Below, one piece after another: positions 11,639-64,000 of a stretch of 64,000 nt of DNA; the first letter of the stretch is position 1; each line of letters opens with the position of its first letter. The DNA is from Octopus vulgaris (taxonomy: Eukaryota): contig OX597822.1 of the NCBI GenBank assembly GCA_951406725.2, positions 22,692,001 to 22,756,000 on the forward strand, read 5' to 3'. The notes under the pieces are model-generated. The model made no database searches and was not told the DNA's origin. It worked only from the letters and a program-made list of their open reading frames with translations. A program made the translations under genes and the position numbers.

Positions 11639-11754
11639 TATATATATATATAAAGGTATGCATGTGTGCACGTTTGTATGTATGTATGCGACATATCTAT
11701 GTGCTTGTGTGTTCATGATTGTGTGTTTATATGTGTATGATACACACATACATA

Positions 11755-12098
11755 CACACACACATACATACATACACACAGGCGTACGTACGTACATACA
11801 TACATGCATGCATACATACATGCGTGCATACATACATACGTACATATATATAACGAACTAACTGTTACTTTCTCAGATGCAGCACGGATTTTTGTCAGTG
11901 AACAGGTCGCGGATTTTAGCGACGAAAATATTTTGACAATTTAAACTTAAATGTTGAAGTGAATCGAACGGCTTTTGTGTGTTTCTTAAATGGCTTATAA
12001 ACACCTTCCACGCTGCAATTGTTTTTTTTTTTCAGCACACGATCTCAGATCAAATCACTTGCTATGCAGGTACATCTCCGTAATATATTAACCACACC

Positions 12099-12165
<67 letters not shown>

Positions 12166-12480
12166 TACATATGACTGTTTTTTTTTTTTCATTTTTCCAT
12201 CTACCAAATCCATTTGCAAGGCTTTGGTCGTTCGTGTATATAAGCCATTTAAGAAACACACAAAAGCCGTTCGATTCATTTCAACATTTAAGTTTAATTT
12301 GTCAAAATATTTTCGTCGCTAAAATCCGCGACCTGTTCACTGACAAAAATCCGTGCTGCATCTGAGAAAGTAACTGTTAGTTCGTTATATATATGTACGT
12401 ATGTATGCACGCATGTATGTATGTATGTATGTATGTACGTACGTACGCCTGTGTGTATGTATGTGTGTGTGTATGTATGT
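11755..12480. repeat. Near-perfect long inverted repeat (arms about 11755-11999 and 12239-12480) of a Penelope-type non-coding element
   Basis: The arms are reverse complements, including the flanking microsatellite. Same family at 7230-7310 and 54265-54580. Confidence 0.85.
11892..11939 (+). ncRNA. Putative minimal hammerhead ribozyme with G3-C8 core variant
   Basis: TTGTCA-GTGAACA-G-GTCGC-ggatttta-GCGAC-GAAAATATT-T-TGACAA. Mirror copy at 12298-12347 (-). Confidence 0.5.
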
Positions 12481-14337
12481 GTGTATATGCACGCACACAC
12501 ACACACACACTATAAACTTAAAGCTATAAACCTGTAGCGATGGATAGATGTAGACTGACCAGTCATCACAACAATAGGGGGAGGGAGTCAGATAGAGAGA
12601 GAGAGGGGGAGTCAGATAGAGAGAGAGGGATTCCTATTGAAATGCTGGAGCCGCATGCTGTCCGAGTAGAATCCGGATTGTGGTCTAAGGGAGACAATCT
12701 TTTGCCTTTGAAGAATTACTGCAGAAAATATAGGCAAAGACTTTGTGCACGAAACGTTAATAGTAAAGTGGGATCCCTAGAATATAGGTGCGGGCATGGT
12801 TGTGCGGTAAAGACGTTCGATTCACAACCACGTGGTTTCAGGTTCAGTCCCACTGCACGACACTTAGCGTAAATGTCTGCAGCCGACCAAAGTATTGTGA
12901 GTGAATCCAGTAGATGTAACCCGCGTAAAAATCCCTTTTGTGTATGTGTTTGCACACAAAGACACAGGCAGACACCCCCATTAAAAATTTACCATTAAAA
13001 AAATTGAGTTTGTGGCGACAAGAGATTGGATTAAAAGTGTTGGGTCCTTTTGATTCAATACTTCAACACGCTGTTGGCGTTTGGCCCCCTCAATAGGCAT
13101 GATACGATTCGTTATAAAAATGTTATTAGATTCAAGAAGATGATTAATTGTTTCACTTTTCATGTTTATTGACTTTTTTTAAAATTTTTATTTCATTGAG
13201 GGTTGTTTTTTTTTTTTTTTTTTTTAGTTTCAGCTCAGAGCTGCGGCCCTTTTGATGCACCGCCGTTGGAAATTAGGTTAAACAATTTTTTTAGTTGGCC
13301 GAAATAACCAAAAGTACCGACAAACGTTCGTTTGCGTATGTTAATCTCTCCCCACTTGACAACCGATGTTAGCTTGTTTACGTTCCTTTGACTTCCCAGT
13401 TTCCGACTGAATAATTGTCAGACTTTAAAAACATTAAGTACTGCAGTCGATTTGCCCCAGTATGGCCGTAGTCAAATAACTGAAACAAGGAAAAGAGTAT
13501 TTAATCAATTAAAATTACTATTTATGTATTCCAATAACCTAATGGCATAAGATTTTTAAAACCGTAACACGGTAGATTTTTGAAACTGCAAGGAAATGTT
13601 ACACTTTGGTGCCCCATGATTGATGCGAATTTTGTTTTTCTTAATTATTTTAAAGAAAAATACGTTTCAATAAAATTTTGTTTCGATACATTTTTGAAGG
13701 TGTAGATGATTATGTTGATAAAATTTATTCATTTGTTTTACTTTGGACTTTTTTTTTCACTCAGAAAGTGAAGAAAGATGATATTCCCAGTTTACATTTA
13801 CTTGGAATATTTTCGTCATGATTTCTAATTTTATATTGCTAATGAGTAATAGCAATTACAATAAAGCAAGCTTTTTTTTTTAATTAAGCCGGACAATGAT
13901 CATGAGTAAGTTAATGAATGTTTAAAAAAGTATAAAATTCTCCTTTTATTATTTTCAAAGTAAAAATATTTATAAGATTTTGATTTCATCAAGATAAGGC
14001 TTCGAAAACTCATCTCTGCAAAATTTCTCTTAAAAAAAATTCATTATTAGAAAACTTTGAAGATACACAGTTTCGTGGAGCACTAAACTGTAGGTATACC
14101 ACTACAGTGACTAATCTAATTGAAAACAATTGAACTTCCGTTATCACGTCATTGATTAACATTTATAGATATATGTTTAAATTAATTTATTAAAGCATTT
14201 ATTTTAATAAAAAATTGAATTGAAATTATCTATAATTTTTTTTTAATAATTCAGAAAATAAATAATTTCAATAAGTATTGAAATCATAACGAACCGAAAT
14301 ATACGAAACTAATATTGAACATCCTCAATATTTCAAG

Positions 14338-28612
<14,275 letters not shown>

Positions 28613-28727
28613 AAGTGTAGTGAGACAGTGGCGTTACACATTATGACCAGTCATTTTTTTTTATTTTCATCTTTTTTTTATTTCAACAGTTGGGTCTTGT
28701 TATTTTGGGGACACTAATCACAACTGT

Positions 28728-28733
28728 ATTAAA
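28728..28733 (+). terminator. Candidate PSMA4 polyadenylation signal ATTAAA
   Basis: About 115 nt after the stop, followed by U/GU-rich sequence near 28756-28785. Confidence 0.3.
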
Positions 28734-29179
28734 AAAATATATATATAGAAAATAAGTTTCTTGTTCTTTGCTGTTATTTTTTTTAAAACCGACTTACTAG
28801 AATTGTCCACAACTGGATATTTACTTTATATTGATCTCTTTCCACAGGTACTCTATCAGCATCTTTCCCTAATCCCATACACACACACTCCTACAACCAA
28901 CCCAACAACATGTCATCCCTCTCTCATCCTTCTTCTGTCTTCATCATTACTATTCTGCTGCTCTGCACTGTCAGACATCTCCTACCACCCCCTTTTCTCC
29001 CTTAACTCATGCATTTTTCATCCACCATTGACTACAGCTGCCCTTACTTAGAAAATCTACAAATTGCTCAAGGATACAAAACACCACCAGGAATGGAACT
29101 CGTGCCCTTACAATTGTGAGCTAAATATCGTAACCACTAAGCCATGCACATTACACACACACATACACACATATATATA

Positions 29180-29385
29180 TATAGTTAATCCAAACATGAA
29201 AACACAACAACGTGAGGTCGTGGAACAAATATAGTATTATTGGACGCTCAGGAAGGAAGGGAAGAATGAGGGTTTTTACGTTTCGAGTGGAGCTCTTCGT
29301 CAGAAACATAGGAAAAGGAAAGATCCAGAGAAGGGAAGACGGGGGGAGAAAAATCGCCAACGGTACACACGCAGTCACATTTTGA
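29180..29385 (-). mobile_element. Penelope-type non-coding repeat with minimal hammerhead (29272-29307)
   Basis: GTTT-CTGACGA-A-GAGCtccACTC-GAAACGTA-AAAAC on the minus strand, flanked by (TA)n. Confidence 0.6.
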
Positions 29386-29399
29386 TATATATATAAATA

Positions 29400-29645
29400 A
29401 ATATCACCTTGACTGACCAGTTCGTCAGGCGTCCATTTGACACCACTGGTCACAGCACACTGTCCACTCCTCTCTGGATCGCGCCTCTCTCATCCACGTG
29501 ATCCCAATCGTCCTCCTGAATATGTGCCGAGATATTGAAAAGGAAATCTCACAGAGAGTAAGGGCCAGATGGAAGGCGTTTAATGGCATAACGGATGTGC
29601 TCAAGGGAAGGTTGGACAGGACCACCCGCACCAACCTCATCAATA
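29400..29645. mobile_element. RTE-clade LINE fragment with inverted 5' part
   Basis: + strand DIEKEISQRVRARWKAFNGITDVLKG (post-RT region) is joined to - strand TWMREARSREEWTVCCDQWCQMDA* (RTE C-terminus). Confidence 0.65.
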
Positions 29646-29882
29646 TATACATAACACATTCTTCGTGGAAAATAGCGATTTTGATGTCTATATCTAGCAT
29701 ATTGACCATCCACTTTTAGTGGTCAGTCCTTTAAATTTTATATATAATCTTTTAATCTTTCTTTTACTTGTTTCAGTCATTTGACTGTGGCCATGCTGGA
29801 GCACCGCCTTCAGTCGAGCAAATCGACCCCGGGACTTATTCTTTGTAAGCCCAGTACTTATTCTATCGGTCTCTTTTGCCGA

Positions 29883-29918
<36 letters not shown>

Positions 29919-30216
29919 GACTTGACACAGTTTCTGTCTGACAAATTCCATTTAGTCAACATGAGGCTATCTTAAAAGAAACTTGCTTGAGGTGTTGTGC
30001 AGTGGGATGAGATTGAACCAGGAACCAGAAAGCTGTGAAGTAAACCTAAGCACAAGCTATAAAACGCTTTTGATGACATGAGCTATGCTCAGCTTTCTGG
30101 ATAGAGTCCTCTTTACACAACTCAGACTAGCAACATAGGGGAAAACGATGATAATGAAGAGAGAAATGAGCAAAGAAAAACAAAAACACAATATATTACC
30201 ACATAAGCTGTTTCAC

Positions 30217-30222
30217 TTTATT
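30217..30222 (-). terminator. Candidate ADCK5 polyadenylation signal AATAAA
   Basis: AATAAA on the minus strand with a GU/U-rich element about 30 nt downstream (30170-30190). Other sites are possible. Confidence 0.3.
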
Positions 30223-30864
30223 CATAAATATTAGTTTATGTAGTTTTAGAGTTGCATGTAAGTGGAATTATAAACAAAGGTTATCTTACATAAACGTTTT
30301 TTTATCAAAATATACTTCAATACACATATACAAATAATATTGCATTTGTATAAAAAGATATATGTGTATGTGTGTGTGCATTTTATATTTACACACAACA
30401 GTAAAAAGGAAACTTTGTATTTTTCATTTGCTGTTCATAAACGAAATTTTTCAGTATATTTTAAATTGGTCATTTGTTCGTTTAGCGAGCACTTACCATT
30501 ATCATCATCGACAACATCGTTTTAACATCTACTATTTCATGAGATTATGTGGAGACAGATTATCTACAGCTGGATGCTCTTCCTGTCACCAACCCATCAC
30601 TTGTTTGCAAGTGAGATAATAATCTCAGTCTATTGAATAGCAAAGTATCTAGACATATTTAGAAGGAGAACAGGAAACAAATGACATCCTTTGAACAAGG
30701 CTTTTGTTTACAAAGATCATACAACATTTCCAAAAACCGGGCCTACTTTACTGATAGACTGCAAACAAATGACACAGCAAAACCAGTTTGCAACCAGCAA
30801 AGAGACATGTAAATGATGGAAATATAAACTCACTCATATATACATATATATATATATATATACC

Positions 30865-31098
30865 GTGCTGGTGGCACATAAAAAGCACCATCTGATCGTG
30901 GACTTGCCAGCCTCCCCTGGCACGTAAAAAGCACCCACTACATTCACGGAGTGGTTGGCATTAGGAAGGGCATCAAGCTGTAGAAACACTGCCAGATCAG
31001 ACTGGAGCCTGGTGCAGCCTCCTGGCTTCCCAGATCCCAGTCGAACCATCCAACCCATGCTAGCATGGAAAACGGACGTTAAACGATGATGATGATGA
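30865..31098 (+). mobile_element. Family C retroposon 3' end
   Basis: Shared tail ending (GAT)n. Confidence 0.8.
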
Positions 31099-31334
31099 TA
31101 TATATATTGTTTTTATATCTAAATTGTATATAAAAACAATTTAACATTAAACCAAAGGATTATTCAATACATTTTAGTAAAGTAAATTTTTTTTTTTCAT
31201 GCAAAAGGTTTGACAGTAACTTCAAATTCAAAGTTTCTGATGATGGCAAGCAAGCCAAAATTTTGAAGTTACTATCAACCATTCCTTTATAAAAATTTAT
31301 ATATATATATAAATACACAAGGTACAACATCATT

Positions 31335-31605
31335 GTCATTTAACGTCTGCTTTCCATGCTGGCAGGGGTTGGATGGTTTAACTGAAGACTGGCAAGCCAG
31401 AAGGTTGCACCAGGCTCCAATATGATCTGGCAAGGTTTGTACAGCTGGATGCCCTTCCTAACGCCAACCACTCCAAGAGTGTAGTGGGTGCTTTTTATGT
31501 GCCACTGGCACGAGGGCCAGTCAGGCAGTACTGGCATCGACCATGCTTGAAGGGTGCTTTTTCATGTGCCACCAGCACAGGAGCCAGTCAGGCGGCACTG
31601 GCACA
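31335..31605 (-). mobile_element. Family C retroposon 3' end (inverted relative to 30865-31098)
   Basis: Reverse complement of the shared tail. Confidence 0.8.
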
Positions 31606-31810
31606 TCCAAATAAATATAAAATTTGATGCAGATAGCCAATGAGAATTTTCCCAGACAAAAAAAGAAAAATATGAATACTTAAATGCAGTGGTTCTCAAC
31701 CATTTTTTGCCTAGGGACCCCTTTGTTTCCTATTTTATGCTACTGGACCCCCATAGCCATTCAATGTTTAAAAAACATTTATTATATTTTTATTGAATAG
31801 TATTAAGAAT

Positions 31811-32183
31811 TACTCTTTTACTTGTTTCAGTCATTTGACTGTGGCCATGCTGGAGCACCGCCTGTAGTCGAGCAATTTGACCCCAGGACTTATTCTTTGT
31901 AAGCCTAGTACTTATTCTATCGGTCTGTTTTGCCGAACCGCTAAGTTACGGGGATGTTAACACACCAGCATCGGTTGTCAAGCGATGTTGGGGGGACAAA
32001 CACATGTATATACATATACATGACAGGCTTCTTTCAGTTTCCGTCTACCAAATCCACTCACAAGGCTTTGGCCGGCCCGAGGCTATAGAAGAAGACACTT
32101 GTCCAAAGTGCCACGCAGTGGGACTGAACCCAGAACTATGTGGTTCGTAAGCAAGCTACTTACCACACAGCCACTCCTGCGCC
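31811..32183 (-). mobile_element. SINE family A nested in a hAT-like MITE (CAGTGGTTCTCAAC TIRs, 31687-32288)
   Basis: The SINE matches family A. Flanks are CAGTGGTTCTCAAC ... GTTGAGAACCACTG. Confidence 0.8.
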
Positions 32184-33113
32184 TATTTGTTTTTTGGGGG
32201 TTTTTTTGAATAGTAGATGTATAACCAATTTTATTGTACCTGAGTTTTAACAATAAAATCTTATATAGACCCCAGTTGAGAACCACTGCTTTACTATGTG
32301 TTTGAAATGAATATTTAAAAAGCTGAAACAACAGGAGAAGCACGGATTTCTCTATACCCATCAAATGTGTAGGTTTGTAATTCCTTGTCTTGACACCATG
32401 TGATTGTTATAAATCAGTGTCATTCATTTCTGATATTCTGCAAAAACATGTCTGGCTGTGGAGAAATATTTTGCTTGGAAACAGGTAAAGTGTTGATGAC
32501 AGGAAGGACACCCAACCATAGAAAATCTGCCTCGATAAATGCCATCTGGTTGTTGCAAGCATGATAAAATAGATGTTAAAACAATGATGATATATGTAGG
32601 TGTTTTTGTCTTAACATCGTGAAACAAGTGGTGTCCTTTGTTTCCAATCTTCTGTGAAAACTTGTCTGACCATGGAGAAATACAGCGAAGGTTGGTAACA
32701 GGAAAGGCATCCTACCATAGAAACTCTGCTTCAATGAAACATGGAAAAGTAGGCATTAACTCTCTTGATACCACCTCAGCTTCTATGATACAAACTTCAT
32801 GTTTAAAGTAATCTGAATTAAAACCTTTCGAAATTTCCTGTTGATGTTCCAAACAGCAGGTTTATAATGACAAAGTTACTTCATCGTTTTCAAAGTTAAT
32901 TGAAACAAAGGCAGCGTATTTCAACAGAAATATGGTATGTGTTAAAGCAACAATAGCGGACATGTAAAAAAGCTACAAATATGAAGCTATGACAGGTAAA
33001 AGAGTGGTTTGTTTTTTTTTCTTTTTTTACACAAAATTTAATGAGTTGCTCTAAATACATCCTTAGTTTTAGAATGTGTCCAAGAATCGGAGGCTTGGAT
33101 GTTTGTTGGAGAA

Positions 33114-59150
<26,037 letters not shown>

Positions 59151-59834
59151 GATGGAATGTGAGCCACAGCTAAAACAACTGAGAATATTTCTGATGCATA
59201 ACTGAAAGAAGAGTAAAAATAAAATTATATTTTTATATATATATAATATATAAAATTGTATATAAAATATACAATTAAATTGTCCAAACATACATGCATG
59301 CATATAATTTACTTATATATAAATATATAAAATTTAGTTTCATATATATACATACACACAATTTAACCTTGTGTGTGTGTATAAATATGTATATATATAT
59401 ATATCTTCTGCTTGGGAATATCTACCAGTTAAGTAAAATCCATGTCCATGAATGCCTCCTACCCCACAACCCACCCATGCTCACCACCACTGTTTCTCCC
59501 TCCCCTCCATTGTCCCTCACATATGCCACCCAGCTTCTCCAATTCTCAGCCTTTTCCCCCTTCTGTCACATCTTCACCATCTCTCTCTCTCTCCACCTGA
59601 GGTAGCCATGTCTTTCTGCCCCTCAATATTACTCGCCCCAGTTGAAGGACCTTATCCTCCTTATTACTTGGTAATCTCACTGCTGCTGGTACTGCATAGA
59701 GAGTATCCAGTCCATTCTGTAAAATTGTCTTGCCAGTTCCTGTCAACCCACATATATAACTTAATTTTATACATACACACACATTCACTATATAACCACA
59801 TATATTTATTGAATATCTACACACATAAACAGTA

Positions 59835-60160
59835 TACTAGCACTATGACCCAGCATATACATGCGAGTACTGTCCAAATCTCCGACCAATCACATACAGC
59901 TAGCTGGCATTCAATTAGCTTATCGAGTTTTGGGCATTTTGATTGGGTTTTGGAGAGAAAATTCACAAAAAAGTCACTTCTATTGATTTTTTAATGGCTT
60001 TGCTGGGTGACTGGGGAAATGTAAAGATGTGCACAACCACCCTTGGACGGTTTTGAATGACCATAGAAAGTGCGAGCCCTATAACTGAAAAATTGTGGAT
60101 TTGTATAAAGGACACACACACACACACACAGAGACATTTTGCCGTTTATATATATAGAGA
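59835..60160 (-). mobile_element. Helitron/Helentron-like element
   Basis: Reverse complement of 33544-33835. Confidence 0.6.
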
Positions 60161-61009
60161 TATATAAATGTGTATGTATGCAAGTGTATATATCTATGCA
60201 CACAAACCAAAAATCTTACTCTAACATTTTACTTATTCAGTAACCATAGAAACCTAAATGTTATTTAATCTCCATTCACTAACAATAAACAAATACATAC
60301 ATTAAAAAACAATATTAGGCATGCATTACAAAAGTTAAAATGACTTAGTAATTCTCTTTCCATCACCAGCTACAGATTACATAATATTTACCCAGTACTA
60401 GCAAACAGCAATTAAAGGGGTTGATGTACAGTAAATTGTAGTCCTGATAGGAAAATATCTTCCATTTATAGCTATTTGAATGTCCAAGCTGTTTCTGACT
60501 CGAGCAATTTAATGACTCACAAGGCTACTAAGACTGTTTTCTAAACATAAAAGTGACACGGACGTTCTACATTATTTGTTTAAAAACTGACCTTGGTTGA
60601 TCAGAATACATTCAGCAGCACATACTCATCATCATCATTTAACGTCCGTTTTCCATGCTAGCATGGGTTGGACGGTTCGACCGGGGTCTGGAAGCCATGG
60701 AGGCTGCACCAGGCTCTAGTCTGATTTGGCAGTGTTTTTACAGCTGGATGCCCTTCCTAACGCCAACCACTGCATGAGTGTAGCGGGTGTTTTTTACGTG
60801 CCATCGGCACAGGGGCCAGAGCAGGCTGGCAAACGGCCACGATCGGTATTAGCCAATGAAATATTTATTGGTGATGTAAATAAGTTGAAGACTGCAACTT
60901 CAGTTTTCATTTGCCTGGCACTGAATATTCTTTCACAAGTAAAATAAAAACTAAATGAAGTTATTTAGGCCTTAGACAACCCTAATCAAGCAGATATCAT
61001 TATCATCAT

Positions 61010-61670
61010 TATCATTTAATGTACATTTTCCATGCTGGCATGGGTTGGACGGTTTGACAGGATTGGCAAGCCAAAGAGCTGCACCAGGCTTCCATTATCT
61101 GTTTTGGCATGGTTTCTATGACTGGGTGTCCCTCCTGATGACAATACTTTACAGTGTACTGGGTACCTTTTACATGGTACCTGCACCAGTCAGGTGGGCC
61201 TGGGATCAACCATGTACAGATGGTGCTTTTTATATGCCACTGGCACAGGGGCCAGTCAGAGGGTACTGGCATCAGCCACGTTCAGATGGTGCTTTTTATG
61301 TGCCACCGGCATTGGAGCCAGTCAGGGGGAACTGGCCACAATTGGTTTTACTTGATTCAACAGGTCTTCTCAAGCATATTATATCGCACAACACATCAAG
61401 GGTACTCTTAAATGGGCCAGACATGTGTAGCAGTGATCTCACTTTAGTTGCCAGGTCTTCTCAATCACAGTATATCTCCAAAGGTCTCGGTCTCCTGTCA
61501 TTGCCTCTGTGAGGCCCAATGTTCAAAGGTCAAGCTTCACCACCTCATTCCATGTCTTCCTGAGTCTACCTCTTCCACAGGATTCTTCCACAGTTAGGAA
61601 GTGGCACTTCCTCATGCAGCTGTCCTCATCTAAGTAACACATGACCATACCAGCGCAGTCGTCTCTCTTT
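61010..61670 (-). mobile_element. RTE-clade LINE 3' end: ORF C-terminus plus family C-type 3' UTR
   Basis: Minus strand RRLRWYGHV...DSCMRKCHFLTVEESCGRGRLRKTWNEVVKLDL.TLGLTEAMTGDRDLWRY, then tandem subunits and the CCAACCCATGCCAGCATGGAAA..(GAT) tail. Confidence 0.8.
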
Positions 61671-62072
61671 TCTGTTATAGACACAAGGCCTGAAATTTGG
61701 GGGTGGGAGGGGGAGAGTTGAATACATCAACCCCAGTACTTGACTGGTGCTTATTTCATTGACTCCAAAAGGATAAAAGGCAAAGTTGACTTTAGCAGAA
61801 TTTGAACTCAGAACATAAAGACAGATGAAATGCAGCTAAGCAGTGTGTCCCATGTCCTAACGATTCTGCCAGCTTTCAACCTTATATAATAATAATGAGC
61901 TTATAGAATACAATTCTCAGATGTGCTACAATCATTAGAAAAGGGGAAAAAGAGGAGACAGACAGCAGCAATAAGTCAAGTAAAGAAAGACAGCAATGAT
62001 AACCAAAAGTATAAGCAAATGCATAGAATAAAACACAAAAGAACAAAAAAGTGGACTAAGGCATTCCAACCA

Positions 62073-62293
62073 TGGCAGAAACGTTAGTGCGCAGGGCAAA
62101 ATGCTTAGCGGTATTTCGTCTGTCATTACATTCTGAGTTCGAATTCCGCCGAGGTTGACTTTGTCTTTCATCCTTTCGGGGTCGATAAATAAAGTACCAG
62201 TTTCGCACTGGGGTCGATGTAATCGACTTAATCCCCTTGTCTGTCCTTGTTTGTCCCCTCTATGTTTAGCCCCTTGTGGGTAGTAAAGAAATA
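62073..62293 (+). mobile_element. SINE family B (5'-truncated)
   Basis: Matches 34309-34540. Confidence 0.85.
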
Positions 62294-62611
62294 TATCCTA
62301 TCTTTTATCTCAGGAGATGTGTATATAAGACTACATTTTCAAATGCTTCTTTTAGCATAGCAAAATGTGATTTGAAGGTGACTTGGCTGCTATTTCTAGA
62401 CATTGACACATAATGACTCTCATGTAAATAAAGATGTCTGGAAAGTTTGATAGCAACATGGCAAAATAAACCATAAGAAGTCAAAACATGATGATAACTA
62501 ATAGTAACTGCCATTTACTAATATGTTATGTCTAATCTACCTTAGCTTGTCTCTTCTACAGATACTGGTTACTGAGATCTTAATTATAGCTGAGAGTGAT
62601 TGGAATTCCTG

Positions 62612-62619
62612 CACACACA

Positions 62620-62678
<59 letters not shown>

Positions 62679-62744
62679 CACAACACACACACAACACATA
62701 CACACACAACACACACACAACACATACACACACAACACACACAC
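62612..62744. repeat. (CA)n microsatellite
   Basis: Direct reading. Confidence 0.95.
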
Positions 62745-63384
62745 AGACCATCTCCTCATTGAGCTTTCTATAGATGTAGCATTTATTTTGTCTTGAAATA
62801 AATGCTACATTTGACTGTGTGATTAGATTGGTGGTGATAGCAATATTTCAATTAAATTGCTTGAAGATTCATGTTCAGTTCTTCGTAATTTATCCATAGC
62901 AGCAATTTTATTATTATCATCATTCCAGTGAAGTGGACTTTGCCTTTCAAGGTCAATGAATTTAATACCAGTGAAACACTGGGGGGGGGGGGGGTCAATG
63001 TAATTGCTTAATCATCATCTTTCATCTACTTTTTATCTTTTGCATGACAATTCACATTCCTTAAAACTACCAAACTATCATTTCTATATAAGCCTGAGTT
63101 GTAGGTGGAAGTGCACTTCTTGAAAATGAGATCAGACCTGAGCCCTATCATAATTCCCCATGGAAACATCAAAGAGCAACTCTCTTTCCTTTTTTGATTC
63201 TGTAGAAGTAATCATGATATAAAACTCCTCAGCTTTCATGACTATCCTAATAACTGTTCTCTAATCACAGTGAACTGTCTCCCAAAGTCTATGGTTTGCA
63301 GGAGGAGAGATCCCAGAATTAAAGGTTAGAAATCCACAATATCAAACTGAGTGCTCTGTGCTTAATACTACAGAATTAATTGTT

Positions 63385-63611
63385 AGTCCTTTCGTTACTG
63401 TATTTATTTTGAGATGCTCTGTGTTTCTTTCAATTACTTTAAATATAACAAAGAATTTAGTAAAATAACTTAGTTACCATTCAGCTAGTGTTAGGAACAT
63501 AAATTGTGACTAAGGTTTAGTGGAAGATTTTAATTCAAAACTTATGAAAACAAGACATTTGTACTAAAGAGCCAGAGCCGGTTTTAGCCGGATTGGTAAC
63601 GAAAGGGTTAA
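63385..63611. mobile_element. piggyBac-type MITE
   Basis: CCTTTCGTTAC...GGTAACGAAAGGG|TTAA. Same termini as 25783-27164. Confidence 0.7.
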
Positions 63612-64000
63612 AGGCAGTGCTATAATACCATTAGACTAATCTAATAGTCCTATCACCTGAATTAATGGTATCAATAGTGCATTCAAGTACTATGTCTCTC
63701 TAGATTCTAAAGGGACTGATCAGCCTACATATATGATTAGAAAGGAAATCAGATTTGTAGAATTATATGTCTAAAACCCATATTAAATAGTCCTGAGCCA
63801 GATTTTTTGTTTGTTTGTTTGTTTTTTGTACTACACAGTAGATTAAACATAAATAGATTCAACATACATATATGTAAGTCATATATCACCATTATCACCA
63901 TCATCATCATTAATCTTTAAGCAAACACCAATTGGGCTGTTCTACAGGATCTCATAAGCCTGAGGATTGGCACATGCTCCAATGTCTGCTTTAGCATGGT

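Overview
This is AT-rich, repeat-dense eukaryotic genomic DNA, most likely from an octopus (inferred from recognisable SINE/LINE families and heavy (TA)n/(CA)n/(GAT)n microsatellites). It holds two convergent intron-containing genes, both reconstructed by hand with consistent GT-AG junctions and phases. PSMA4 (20S proteasome alpha-4; + strand, 8 coding exons, 14338-28612, 259 aa) faces an ADCK5-like UbiB/aarF atypical kinase (- strand, 13 coding exons, 59150-33114, about 590 aa; its 5' end probably lies beyond the window). Almost everything else is mobile DNA: tRNA-derived SINEs, RTE/CR1/R4/HERO-like LINE fragments, mariner, piggyBac, Merlin-like and Helitron-like elements, and a decayed 28S rRNA fragment. 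The most notable unexplained signal is several unrelated non-coding repeat families that each carry a minimal type-I hammerhead-ribozyme motif and often insert as inverted (fold-back) duplicates, as Penelope-type elements do. One family has a tRNA-derived Pol III head plus a hammerhead, and another has a swapped G3-C8 catalytic core. Ribozyme activity is inferred from sequence only. Repeat boundaries are approximate.
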